A DNA stretch of 64,000 bases from Ptychomitrium polyphyllum (lineage: Eukaryota), in assembly GCA_973851085.1 (NCBI GenBank), contig OZ316775.1, forward strand, positions 19,654,001 to 19,718,000. The letters run 5' to 3'. Both the position numbers and the translations under genes were made by a program. The first letter of the stretch is position 1, and the number at the start of each line of letters is the position of its first letter. Positions 13,588-27,279 of this stretch are shown one piece after another. The notes below the pieces were generated by a model that saw only the letters and a list, made by a program, of their open reading frames with translations, was not told where the DNA came from and did not search any database.

Positions 13588-14755
13588 ATGTCTTACGGAG
13601 ATGACTCTGGTTACGGCGCGAGGAAGGCCAGCTATGGTGATGACGACAATGAGGGACCTGGGTACAAGGCCAGCGCCTATGGGGATGACAACGAGGGAGT
13701 TCGGTCGACATACGGCGTGAAGAAGTCTAGCAGCGGGTATGGCGACGATACTACTGCTGAGGAGGCGGCGTATAAGCAGTCCAGCGCTTATGGTCAGGAT
13801 GAGGAGACAACAACTGGGTATGGCGTGAAGAAGACTTCCAGCTATGGATCGAAAAAGAACGATGACGATGAGGAGGAGAGTAGTGCATTTGGAGAGAAGA
13901 AGCCGTCTGTCTATGGGTCCAAGAAGAAGGACTCCGATGGCGACGGCATTCCGGATGAGTTTGAGAAGAGTCAATACAACAGGGAGGATGTGAGTTCTAC
14001 TTCATTGTCTCCCCTGACTCATGATCCTTGTTGTCCTTCTCCATAATTCTAGGAATTTCGGTGACCGCATTGGTTGCTGTGCGCTTTGTTGTAAGTTAAG
14101 TGTTGTTTAGATCGCATTTGCAGTAGTTGGCGACACTTGTGCTGATTTCCTTATGGCTTATTGACTTGGAGGATTCTTTCTTTGACGGTAAGTTGCTTTA
14201 CTTCGCAATGTGCAGGTTGAGGATTTGAAGAATCGCACTGATATTGACGACGAAGAGAAGGACCATCGTCGCAAGGTGTTGATGGCCGAGGTCGCAGCAG
14301 GTGTTGTTGGAGCCGGAGTGCTGGGAGTCGCTGGTTTTGCAGCTTACAAGCACTTCAATAAGGACGATGAGGAGGCTACCGGGGAAGAGGGTGAGGAGAA
14401 GTCCAGCTTCTTTGGTCGCAAGAAGAAGAATGATGGCGATGAAGACGAGAGGAAGCCTAGCCGACGCGAAAACGATGACGATAATGAAACTTCTGGCTAT
14501 GGGAAGAAAACAAGCTACGGCCAGGGCGCTGATGCGAGCTCGGATAACAAGGAGAGCAGTTATAGAGGGGATGAAGATGAATCTTCAGGTTATGGCACGA
14601 AGAAGACGAGTTACGGTGTGGATGATAATGAATCTTCAGGCTATGGGAAGAAGGGCAGCTATGGCCAGGATGATGATGAATCTTCAGGCTATGGGAAGAA
14701 GAAGAGCGCCTATGGAGAGGAGGACAAGGGAGAGGAGAAGAAGAGCTGGTTCTAG
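13588..14755 (+). CDS. Hydrophilic Gly/Ser/Asp/Glu/Lys-rich repeat protein with a central ABA/WDS(ASR)-like segment, 313 aa; exons 13588-13989 and 14216-14755
   Basis: GTGAGT donor at 13990 and TGCAG acceptor at 14215 give an in-frame join. Repeats of SSGYG-KK-S-YG. HRRKVLMAEVAAGVVGAGVLGVAGFAAYKH resembles the ASR C-terminal half. Gene confident, family assignment tentative. Confidence 0.8.
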
Positions 14756-17700
14756 ATAATTTGCGTAAAATTTGCTTTCCACCTCGTCAAAAACCTTAGT
14801 CACTTGAGTAGCATTGTGCAAGGGTATTGTAATTGCTGTAAGTTTGTGTTCTTATTCTGTTCCATCGTGTGTTCTCTTCTGTTCCATCGTGTAGGTTCCG
14901 ATGTTTCAGTAAAATACAAGCGCAACAACCTGTGTCATACCACTGTTGTTGGCCGCGTGAGTTGGTTTGGTCCATCATGAGTTATTGTAATACTTGCAAT
15001 CAGCTCTTTCGTTTTTACATGTGTTTAGTGCTGTATCAGTTGGCTGTCTCTGGACCAGCTTGAAAAGTATTCAACGTTAGGATACCAAGGCATCAGATGC
15101 AAATTAGACCCGGCGCAACAAGCATCACCCATGGGAGACTAATCATAGAGATTTTCCTTCAGGTTTCCGTTTCTGAGTAAGACGGCTCAACATTAATACT
15201 TCGCCTAACTTGGTCTTCGAGAGAAGAATAATTCAACAAATTTAACCAAATTTAACAATACCAGACTCAGCTCTTACCGGCAAGACTTTGCGCATAAAGC
15301 GCAAGACTCAAACTTGTGCATCTCAGTGATGAACATTGTCAGCTCGCTGAGCTGCAAAGTGAAAACAATCACCCAAATACTGAATGAGATTAGACTGGCA
15401 GATTTTCTCAAGACAGGCATTAGCAGCCTGAGTGAAATTCCGAGGTAAACGAGGTGGCGATTGTGTAAGCCCTATGCATCTCTTGAAACATTCAAATCAA
15501 TGGCTGCGTTTAAGGTGTTTAAAGGATTAAAGGATAATGCTATGTCGTGTAATCGCCAGCTGGAAGTCAATTTAGTTAGCTATGTAAACTTGTTGTAGCT
15601 CTTTCAACACTTCTAAGAGGTCTAAAATCTACCAACTGCAGGAAGGTTTCAGAAATACACCTCTGGTCCACAGCTGTGATGCGTTTGAGGTATTTTATAT
15701 GTGTGCAATGTTGGATATGTCAACCCTTCCATAAAATATAGTCGCACACAGAGACTGTTTCTAGTGAGAAGTTGCAGACAGATTTTCAGCTCAAGGTCTA
15801 ACGATTTAGAAAGAATGTAAGGATCTGAACCAGGGTTTAGGTTTAGTATTACTAGATACTCGGCACAGCTGCTGCAATCATTCACATCTACAATGCCCTA
15901 CTGCCCAGAATTATGCCATACCCTGCATTCCCACAATCCAACGCGGCACATTAAGTTGGACTTATCCATGCCACAGAAATACCATTCCTGCCGACAATAT
16001 CGAAGGAGCACCAGGAAGGACAGATTATAGAGCTTACAAGTGGAGTCACATGGTTCGAAGTTATAAGAGAGGCTAAACGGGAGGCTAAAGCTTGACAGTA
16101 ACAATCAAACGAAGTACATAAAAAGATTGCAGTCTGTAGCAGCACCTATGCATAATAATATAAACATCGGCGATAGCCCACATTTGACCAGCCTAGAACT
16201 GAATCATCAGAGAAAGTGCAGCCAAAACCTCATCTATCAGCCTCCTGAAAACCTTCAATATTATGTGACTGAGAGGAAGAAGTGTGGAAAACTTCAAGTA
16301 TGAAATATATGAACGAATACGAAGGAAGAAAGGGAGCAACTTGTCTATGCCATGATGGGCAAACGTGAAGTCCACCTCTGTGAAAGTATACATGTCCAGT
16401 CAGGAATGTGCATTACTCTGGTTTCTCGTCACAATTTCCTTATCCATCAGGGAAGGCAATCAATCGATCGATCAAATTCTTTGTTCACTCTGGGCAGTTC
16501 AGATTGATGATTAGCCAAAAGGCTTGTTAGAATGGGGCCACACCATCCAGGCTAGCTTACTCCCATCTAGGCTCAATCTTGGAAATGCATAGAAATCGTT
16601 GCCCTGCTTTGTTTTCAATCGAAATAGACACAACCTTGATTTAAGGGAATTGAGATGTACACCTAACAATACGTAATCGAGTTCAAATTGAAATGAGCAC
16701 CAATGGTGGAATCTTTTTTCAAGTCTACAGCCATTATGTCAGTGGTTGCTTTAACTCCACTTTACGAGCATCTGCAAAGATAGAGATATTACACAATTTT
16801 CACAAATGATCTCTTCTACTCCAAGCTCTAGCCCTTGACGGACTTAGGAAATCACCTTAAATCAAAGCATTTCAACTTGTCGTTGTAACCAAATATCATA
16901 ATCAGATAAGGCCAGCAAGAAAGCTCCAATCAACAGTCTTGGTGATGCTACTAAGTGTTAATTCCCACCTGTATTCACTGCCTGCGTCGATCATTTGTGA
17001 ACTTCACACTCCCTGGTTAAAAGTCTTATCATTTCAAGCAATCCAAAAGGTGCTTTTCGAAACAAGATTACAAGAATCACCGGGGTTTTCTTTTTCATAA
17101 TTTTCTTCTTCCTCCTTGATGATTGGTGATTGGAGCGACTTAGCGGAATTAATGCACCAGAAGCTCCGTCGATACGGCTTGGACCTGGATTGAGCGGTGT
17201 TGTCATCATGTACACTTTGTGCTCCGATTGGTGACAAGGCTAGAGATTGGTCAATGACCTCATTGTTCTCTTGTACAGTACAGCAGCTTACTAGTATTCC
17301 CCAGAAGCTTCTCAAGCTTATTTTCCAGGTATGTGTAATTGAAAACACTGTGAAGATAATTCCCCTCAAGCATGGTTATGCAGTGTACACAGGAACATCT
17401 CGGGTACAAACCACACGATATCATTGTGAACCTAGATCATTCTCAAGGGTGAACACGGACTGGCAGACTTGCACCTTGCAATAGCGTTCGGTATTTGGTT
17501 CATTTTCCAAGAGAATCACCCAAGTAGCTCCTGGGCATCGTGTTAATATAAACCGGGTATAACATTAATATCACTTGTGTATTAGTTGGATATTGTTTCA
17601 GAGGTGGTTATACCGTTGTGAATTCTTTCTGCATCCTTGTGAGAAGAGACTGGACAAGAGAACCTCGACAATGATAACACACCGTAGATGTGCATTCATA

Positions 17701-18126
17701 TCTAGTAGTGCCAGACAAAGTTGGTAGACGACTGGGTGCACAGTGGAGGTCGTCCGCTAACAACTTTGATTAGTGGCTAATTGAAGTCGCTATGCTAAGC
17801 AGGTCCATACCCACCAAGGTAAAGGCTCTATCTATCTATTGGTTCTATGAAAATTTTCTCATGATTTTGTTTTGAGATGCTAAGAGGTTTGAGTGAAAAG
17901 CAAGTGGAACATGAACATGAACTTTCCAGTAGATATTGAATTAATTACATTTTTTCAAATCTTATAAAAGCCCAAAATTGTAGTTACATGAGCTGACTTA
18001 CTATCCAAACAACTACTAGTAACTACCACATAAGGCATCTTCAAGCATCTTAAAAGCCATATGTATAAGACATTAAAAAGCCTCTTTTCAAAAAATTTAT
18101 ATATATAATATAGTCTTTTTTAAAAT

Positions 18127-18280
18127 CTAGTATAAATTCATAAAAACATATTCCATATTAATAGAACTATGGCTTCAAATTTTTGGTATCACATTTATTA
18201 GCTAAAAGATAGCAATACCAAAAATTTGAAACCTTAAGTTCATTAGGAAGAAGCATTCTTTTATCAATTTAGAAGTTTTA
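18127..18280. mobile_element. Fold-back/MITE-like element, copy 1
   Basis: 16-bp perfect inverted repeat TTCAAATTTTTGGTAT (18174-18189 / 18215-18230) inside longer imperfect arms. Similar to the reverse complement of 56601-56760. Confidence 0.5.
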
Positions 18281-21106
18281 TATTATTTTTTAAAATTCCA
18301 AATATAGTAAAAATTACATTTTATAACAATAAAAGTAATATCACTTTAAGACATATATATATATATATATATAATTTTATTTTATTATTTATTTATATAT
18401 ATATATTTTGTATATTGTGTTTCTATTACTTCAATCATTTTTTGTTATAATTTGTGTATATTAATTTGTATTTTTGATGTCTATAATATTACATATAATT
18501 TACAATTCATAAAATTTATAGTGGAATAAATCAAATTCAAATATAATGGTGGTAAGCATAGAAAAATATGAAAATTCAACTAATTTTTTTCTCTATAATA
18601 AGATGAGGATCTTTTTTTGAATGACTATTAAATGTTTCCAAAAAACATGATATTACAAATCTAAATTGTTGGTGATACAACTTCAATTTGAAAACATCAA
18701 ACATCAAAATTTATGGTTTTTTTGAATAGAGAATAAAATGACCTTTATACATAATAACAATATAAATAAAAAAGTAGTTATTGTTGCTTTGCAAGGACTA
18801 GTCTTTATTTTGAGAAATTTTAAAAATTAAACTAAATAGAATTATTTCAGATTACATAATATTAAAGATATAAAAGATGAAAAATTATTCAAGCTTTTCC
18901 TTTAATAATAGATTGGTCCTTAATTAGTTAAATAACTGGTATCAAAGTACTTTTAGAAATCCCACTGTATTTCAAAAATAATTCTTGTAAATCTTTTTAA
19001 AATAATTTCAAAACTGCATTCTTTTATCACAAGATTTCTTATCGCATTAAAAGTATAGAAATACAAAACTTTATAGATTTTATTTGATATAGTAAATTGA
19101 TTCATAAAATCCAATAAGTATTTAAAGAGTATTTGAAAAGATTTCACAAAAGATTTTGTAAAAAGTCATCTGTAGGTATTCACTCATCTATACCAAATAA
19201 AATTTTGAAACTGCTCCACTCTTAGTTGTTGACCTCCCATACCATTCTCCAATTGTAATATTGCATTTACTTTTTTCTGTAATCTTGATATTGTGAGCTC
19301 TTAAAGCATCTCCATAGATTATTATTATACATGTATGATCATCATATGTACACTGAGGGGAAAACAATTAAAATGGAGTGTCATGCCAAAGTCAAATTAA
19401 GTTTATAGGCAATCTACAACCCCTATTCAATACATATGTCTCTCTGTTGATATTTTCTTCATATAGGAATTACAGCAATCCAAATCATACTTTGTATTCC
19501 AAAAGTACATAATTCCTCATCCTACCATTTCGCAAGTACATAAAACTCAACAATAGGAACTTGTAACACGAAACAGTTGTGGAACACACAAAGAATACAA
19601 GCATACAAGCAATCATTCCCAGAATCGACCGTTCTACTGCTTTGAGGACGACTTAATCCTACTACAGTATACACATAATTTCACCATATACTCTACTTTA
19701 TTGACAAATGGTTGGGATATTCACAGAATGATGATTAAAGTACTCTGAACAAAACACTCATTATCTCCTCAATGATGGATGAACCAGGGTCACAGTACAG
19801 CAGTACAATGCTGTTTGCCCACTAATTGCAGGCTAAACTCATGATCAGCGACGCACTTAGTGAGTTCCCCTGAACACCCGTGAGTGAAGAGAACGGAATA
19901 GAACCACAGCATGCAAAGGGCAAAGCCCTCCGTGCAGCTCCCACATTGGGAGAAAGCGCCAACCAACTCTCCACCCAGCTGGGCACTAACTTATTTAGCA
20001 ACCGACCCCACCCCAGCCTTGCTTATAATACATGAGCGCAACTGAAAAGCCCAAAAAGCTGACTTTCAAATCTATACTTCGATAAAGTATAGCAAAAGCT
20101 GAACGATCCCCATGTCTAACAACCTCCCAACCCGTCAGTCACAGATCAGGCTACTTTATGTTTCTACGACGGAAGTGGAATGCTTTATTAATACGCAGCT
20201 CCGGATTACTTTCTTCCAAGTCCCCTCACTAACATATCGAACCACACTAATTAAACTTGACCCCGCAAGTGCACCATGTGAGGGAAAACATAAATCTTGT
20301 AACAACATGCAGTTTCGATCGTTACTAGCACTGGCATTCAAAGATAGTAACCGCAGTCTTGGTGGATCTCGATTACAAGTGGCAGCCATCAATACTAGAT
20401 TCCGTGCGGCTACTGCTGCTGCTGTTGCTGCGACGTTGGCTAGCTAGAATTGGTACCCCTGTTGGTTCAGGTGTCGATTCTAGCCGAACGATAGCTACAC
20501 TGCAATGTTAGAATACGATGTTGGCTCAGATATCGTGATCCTCGATCTTCGGTGCCGGACAGTCATACACCGGAGTTTGTTTCCAGTTTCAAGCTGGTTG
20601 TGAGTAGTCGGCGGAGAAACCGAGGGGTGGTTGTTTTCGTTTCTGATTTTTTTATTTTTTGAATCTGCGTGAGCTGATTGAAGCCAGCTAGAGAGATGGG
20701 GGATTTGGTTGAGTCGCAAAGTTTCGGTTTCGAAGCTGGTTTGCATACCTGATTCTTGTGCACACAAAGACTGTTGGGGTGGTCGATGGACTATTCAACT
20801 TAAGACCATTGGACGAGCTGGTGAGATTCGCATTTCTCGGAATGAGTTGCGAAGTTTTGTGAAGAATTTTTCAAAGAACCCGGTTTGATGGCTTGAATTG
20901 TTCAGCCGTGGTCTGAGTTGTCGTCGTGACGGGAACTCCTTGTATGCCATTACTGCTACGTTTGAGGTTCGTGGGAGTGAAATCGTTTCACTGCGTGAGA
21001 TAGTGATGTGGATGACGATAGCATGAATGTGAGTCGATTGGCGATACGACGTGATCGCAGTGCTGGAGGGCGCGTGGGTTGAGAGAGTGAGGACGGTGGA
21101 GGTGAT

Positions 21107-22351
21107 ATGAAGAAGTATGCACGCCTGCGGCAGGAATGCTTGGAGTTTGACAATGCATTGTACGACGTAACCCCGGAGGTTTCCTTGACGGATCAATCCA
21201 GGGCGCCGGCTGTGTCGTCCGGCGGATCCGCGTCGCCGCAACGAGTACTCGACTCCGCGCCGGCAGTTCGGTCCTCCCACAGTGGCTTCACCGGAGCTCT
21301 GAAGAAGCTGGGATCGTTTCGGGAAGGGACCGGCTCGCGCCGACACACCGACTCCCAGTGGCAAGTGGGCGGCAAGTACCATGACGGCGAGCCGAGGTCG
21401 CGATCCGTGAGCGAGAGGTGGCCGATTAACGCGCAGGAGGACGTGACAGAGAGCGGTCGGTGGGCAAATGCCGAGACTGCCTCCCTGAGCGGACGCTGGG
21501 GCTCCGTGAGCACGAACGATCACTGGGACGAGACCGCGGCGCCGCAACAGGGCGGGAACTCGTTCCGTGACTCGCTCTCGCTTTCCCGCTCCGGAAGGTT
21601 GATGCAAGAAGGGGAGCCATGGACAGCTCCGAAGTCATCATCATCACAGCCCATTCACTGGCAATCCTCGCTGCGAGACGCTGCCGTTCAACCGGAAGTC
21701 GTCACCACCACTGAGCTTAATGACCAAAACCTTACCGCAGCGGAGAAGCAGAACATTTCCATGAAAGAGACGCAAGGGTGGTTGGCATCCGTGAAACGCC
21801 CCCTGCAACCACGCAAAACTCACTCCGCATGGGAAGATCCGAACGAGTTCAACTGGCGAGCTGCAACATCCACAAATGGGCGAGAGTCGTCGTCAAGGAA
21901 AACCCCAACCACGATATCGCAGTCCATGCGCTACGACCGGCTTAGATCGATCGATCTCGTCGAGAATCCGAGCTTTGGCCATGATGAAGAGTACTACCAT
22001 CACAACGGAAACAGCAACCCCAGCGTGATGCAGAAAGCTTCCTCAATGCGCGAGGGGGGCGCGCACTCGGACGCCATCATGGCCATGGCGAGGGCGTACA
22101 GCGAGAAGCACGGCGTGTCGCAGGCGATTCTCGAGTGCGTTTCGTGCGGACGAGCGCTAGGCGTGATCGTGCAGGGGAATCCGGGCAAAGATACCTCGTT
22201 TTGCCAGTCTTGTCGCCCGCATGCCATCGGCGGGTGGACGTACCACACCAAGGCTCCTACTGAGAGCGGGAAATCCAAACGGAAAGGCATGATGCATTTT
22301 TGTAAAAAGATTCTGCGCATGGGGAAGAAGCCCAACAAGTCAAAGGGATGA
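21107..22351 (+). CDS. Uncharacterized 414-aa protein, largely disordered, with C-terminal CxxC-x17-CxxC and a basic tail
   Basis: Long GC-rich uninterrupted ORF in an AT-rich background; CVSC...CQSC. Confidence 0.75.
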   Translation: MKKYARLRQECLEFDNALYDVTPEVSLTDQSRAPAVSSGGSASPQRVLDSAPAVRSSHSGFTGALKKLGSFREGTGSRRHTDSQWQVGGKYHDGEPRSRSVSERWPINAQEDVTESGRWANAETASLSGRWGSVSTNDHWDETAAPQQGGNSFRDSLSLSRSGRLMQEGEPWTAPKSSSSQPIHWQSSLRDAAVQPEVVTTTELNDQNLTAAEKQNISMKETQGWLASVKRPLQPRKTHSAWEDPNEFNWRAATSTNGRESSSRKTPTTISQSMRYDRLRSIDLVENPSFGHDEEYYHHNGNSNPSVMQKASSMREGGAHSDAIMAMARAYSEKHGVSQAILECVSCGRALGVIVQGNPGKDTSFCQSCRPHAIGGWTYHTKAPTESGKSKRKGMMHFCKKILRMGKKPNKSKG

Positions 22352-25300
22352 ACCGCACATCGTAAGAAAAGCAATTCAGAGCAATAGAGATTAGGATCAG
22401 AGAACACCAATGCTATAGCAGTGAATCGGATCTCCTTGCTTTCAACTAGATTTTTGGGGGCCCGACACCATGAGACTTTCAAGCACTGGGCGGTACGCTC
22501 TTCATCCTTGTAAAAAGATCAGGTCATGATTCTTGCTGCTAATTCTTTTAAGTCGGTAGGCTTCAACGAAGTAAAGGCAAGAAATTCTTGTTATGCATTT
22601 TTCTGACTCATGTTGAGGTCTTTGGAATCTGCATTATTCAGAATGTCGTGTGCTTTCCTTCTTTGTATGGCAATTTGTTGTGTGTTCTTTTATCTTGAAC
22701 CGTAGCGAATTTCATGATGCATTGATCTTGATTGAGAAGCACTATTAGTACTTGATTAGGTTCCTGTCTATCGCAGGAGGTGGTGGACGGTTTGCAGATT
22801 TACTGTAAACCGGTTTTAGACGGAGATAGGATTGGACTCGAATAAGATTAGGGTTTGCATTGCAAATTCAAAATTAGATGAGTAGCTATGCTATATGAGG
22901 TGCAATTGATTGAGGTCTATTGTTGTTCTGTGATTGTTTTGGATGAAGAGTGATTGGCGTAGTTTGAGGGTGGTGACAAGAATTTTCCTGAGAGACTTTG
23001 ACGTTGGTTGCAAGTGATGATGCTAATTTCCAGGGCCGGTAGAAGGGTGTGAGAAATGGAATGTGGACGGGAAGACGTTCTTATTTAACAGGGATTGTTG
23101 TCTTCCTTGTCGAGTCTCACTAGTTCACAGGCATTACCTACGTGGGTTACAAGGGAGTGTCTGAGGTGGAAACTGGTGCGAGTGGACCTTCTCAAATGGA
23201 CGTCGCCAGGGAGGCTTTCGAAGTTTAGGGAGGTTCTTGACTTTTGAACATTGATATGAGGTACATTGCTATGGTTCTTTTAAGCGGCATTTGGCAGGGG
23301 TTAAGTTCATCTCAAGTGGGAAACATCTTCATCAGGAATAGTAAGTTCAAATTTCTAACTTAAGGTTTAAGTTTACAAACACAATGTCTACAGGTTTCAA
23401 ATTTACAAACATGGCTGCAATACTTTTTTCAAGTTACTTTCGGCATCTTTGGTTTTTTATAATTTTTTCTTATACATTTGATTTTTATGTTATAATGTTA
23501 GGTTGCAATGTTATGTTATAGCATTGAAGCAAACTTCTTGGAATTCAGTATGTAGACATGTTTGAGGGAGGTGTTAACCATGTAAAGTTCCAAAGGCACA
23601 GAGATTGTCCACAATGAAACTTGTAGTGAGATGTGAGTTTCATTCACTTTTCAATGACTTGGCAAATTCAAATTCACACACATGGACATAGATGCTGTAA
23701 TGGATGTGCTGATAGCATGCTTGGTCTCTAATTATTCTGTTAGAAGAGTGTTGAATATAAAGGCATTTGCACGGCTAGTAGTAGAACTTATACCTTACAG
23801 CAGATGTGTTGCAACTTACCCATGTACTAGATATTTGTGGTGAGACTGTGATTGCAACAGACAAAGTTATGCACAAGATGCCCGATTGTACTTGTGGACT
23901 TTGTGGTTAAATCATGATTGTTGTTGTGACAGCTACTAGACACTGTTTTTGTACAGGGTGGTGCAGTGGTGATGTTGAAATGCAAAGGAAATAAGTATGC
24001 AGTTTCTCACCCTGAAAAAGGTGTGAATCAGGTTCACCACAAATAGAATGTTTCATTTTGCTCAAATGCTCCTGTTTCTAGGCTACACATATATTGGATG
24101 ATTGGCTCTTCTAACTATTTGCTTCCTTGTGGACTGTGTAGCCCTTACTCATTTTAAGATATTTTTACGTTTTACTGGTGGAAGAAGGGATTACTCTACA
24201 TAAAACGGCCATTGGATTTGGTTGACATGACTGCTTCTGGATGAGTCTATAGGCACAAAATGATTTTGTCAACTGAAATTAATATGGCTCCAACACTTTT
24301 GCTCTACCCTCAATTCAAGTTAGATTATTCTGTCTACAAAATTTTCTGCAATTAAAATATCTCCTGGAGCATGATGTAATGTCATCAAACTTGTTAGAAA
24401 GGCAGCAACATCCTTCTGCATACTTAGGCTGCAGAGCAGGCCTGTAGTGACAAGGAAGTTACATTCTTCCCTTATAGATGTCACAAGAAACTAGAGGTGC
24501 TTGCTCAGATCAGAATACTCTGGCATGTTCTGTAGTTATTGTCACTACATACAAAAGCTGATTATTGGTTAGTTCTTGTTGATGTGATGTTACTTGAGTT
24601 ACAGTCTTGGTGGGTTGACTTTTGGCGTAGACGTAAGGAAAGGTTTCATTCAAAGAGCTTAAAGGCAAGAGTGGTTTTTGAAGCCCTCACCTTAAAGTAT
24701 ACTCATATGGGAATGGCCATGTTGAAAAACTTATGAACTGAATCGTGACACAAAGAGAAAGGTAAACGTAATACAAGTCTCCATCTATAGTTTGGCATCC
24801 ATTGTATCCTTGTAGTCTTTGGAATGCATTGAAGTTTTATATAAAATTTGTTTACTTCCATTTTCATGATCTCACGTTCATTTCTCTAAATTAATAAAAT
24901 AGTCTCTATTCTACTACAAGAATTGTTGTTTCAAATCTCATTTTGCAATTGAAATTACTACAAGTAATAGAAGTGCATAGCAATATATGTAGGTGTAAGA
25001 GAAAAAAAAGTAATTTGCATGAAGGTTTTTTTTATTAAAAATAATTTTGAACTATCCCATCATATTTGACAAATTTTTCTTTAATATAATTTAACTTAAA
25101 TAAGAATATACAATCAAACATACATCTAATGGAAACATATTTTACCAACAGCTAAACCATTTTTCAACTTACAAAATGAAATTAGATAATTTATATATTT
25201 ATAAATTTTATTTTAAATTTTATCATTCTTATTCCTAAATTTTTTGCAATCTATACAATATTCATATTTTTTTTTTATGAATGAAAATGAAATCCAAAAC

Positions 25301-27108
25301 CTTACAAAAGAGATGCTATAGCAATCTTTTGTTCAAAAACAAAACTTTGCAAAATATACCGTTTTGACAAATATGATGAGAAGAATTTCCAATTAATAAA
25401 GACCTTTCTTTCCTATTATAAAGATAAAGTAGAAATAAGTAAATATCATTCTTATCATTTCCATTTTCATTAGTAATGTCTTCATTTTGGAAGTGAAGGT
25501 GATGTTGAATGAAATGGAAATATAGATTATACTTTAAACTTGTCACTATATTACATCAAAAATTTTGATTTAATTTGAGTGAATATTTGATTTTTTATGG
25601 AAAATATTAGTCTTGCCATAAAAGCATAGATGATCTTTATATAATAAAACTGAATAGATTAAATCAACATTTCATTATACCATTGTTTGTTTATAATAAG
25701 AAATTTATGCGTTTGTTCACAAAAAATTATTTTTCATTAAATTATTTATTTATATTTTCATAATTTTAATCATATTTCATTTTTTAAATCATAGACACAT
25801 GTATTGTGGCACCATTTGGTAAAGCCCATCTTCTATGAATGTCACATCTAAATATATTATTTTACTGTATTTCTTAATATTTTTGTATTCTTCAATATTA
25901 CTCTCTACAAAATATTAAATGTTAATGTTAATTGTTGTTAAAATTTATCTTTTATTTCTATCTTTGTTGATTTGCCCTTTGTATATAAAACATAATACAA
26001 TGTTTTAAAATCTAATGATATCAATAAAATTGCTAAATGAAAGTGTTTGAATAACATTCATCTGAATATCATATATAACAATATTTTTCTTAAACAAATA
26101 AGGTGTTTTTAAGTTATAAGTTATCATGTATAAACTTTATGTTGAATTTTAGCCAACTCATATTTGTTGATATTTTACAAGTATTAGAGCTTGAAATTCC
26201 ATTTTATTTGTTGTTGTACTCATGTACTTTAAATATTAAGAAATTCTCACTCAAGAGGGTAGTGATAAAGTTTTAAAATAAGTATTTCAAAGGTACATGT
26301 AGGCTCTAAAGTATTATTCTAGGCCCTCACAGGTAGTTGCTAGGCCCCTCCCCATTTGTAGGCCAACAGCCCTTGAAGGTTCTATTGTAACACACAATGT
26401 TGGAAAAAACTGAATGAGAGAAGCTGGTTGGCATAGAATTGATGTATCAGCATGTCAACCATACAAGATATTCATGACAAAGAATTATGTGATGATGACA
26501 AGCATGAGGGAAGGAATCCACAACTGCCAATTTTCACATGAAGGACTCCATGAGGCCTCAAAAGTTATCACAAAGCTGACATGTTGACTAAGATAATCAT
26601 AAACATTTGTGATGGCCGGTTCATGAAGGAAATTCTGACAACAGATATAGGTGAAGCCTATAACTTTGGAAGCCTTGGCTCCAGCAAACAACAATTTAAC
26701 AAGCCAGGCACTTTCAGTTCAATTACCCAAAGTCATCAGAGGATCATATTAACAAATCCATGGCATGGACAGATGCTTAGAAGTAACCACAACTGAGAAA
26801 CCCCCTCCTTACCCTCAGCTATTATTTTGTTGGTTTGTTGTTGGAACAACCAGCTGATTCTTAGCAGTAGGTAACTTCTTTTGGGTATTTTGGCCATACC
26901 AAATCAGTGGAGGATAAATGTAAACTCTCTATTGCCTCCCTTGTATGAGGTGTGAAATTTTAAAATTACTACAGACCCATAACATTATATGTTTAATAAA
27001 ATTTCAAGCTTCACACAGAATCTAAATTCATGGCACAGTTTCCAGAATGTGGGCCAGTTTGGAGGTCATCATTTAGTTGATGACCTTGAAGATGATGCTT
27101 TGCTTGCA

Positions 27109-27279
27109 TCACTTTTCAGGTCACTTTTCAGGTCACTTTTCAGGTCACTTTTCAGGTCACTTTTCAGGTCACTTTTCAGGTCACTTTTCAGGTCACTTTT
27201 CAGGTCACTTTTCAGCTCACTTTTCAGCTCACTTTTCAGCTCACTTTTCAGCTCACTTTTCAGCTCACTTTTCAGCTCA
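27109..27279. repeat. 12-bp tandem repeat: 8x TCACTTTTCAGG then 6x TCACTTTTCAGC
   Basis: Counted directly. Confidence 0.95.

Noticed and set aside
15600..17500. Short ORFs of moderate GC content, possibly a gene relic
   Set aside because: No recognisable motif or consistent exon chain.
20795..21607. 270-aa minus-strand ORF
   Set aside because: Antisense shadow of the GC-rich plus-strand gene; no recognisable motifs.
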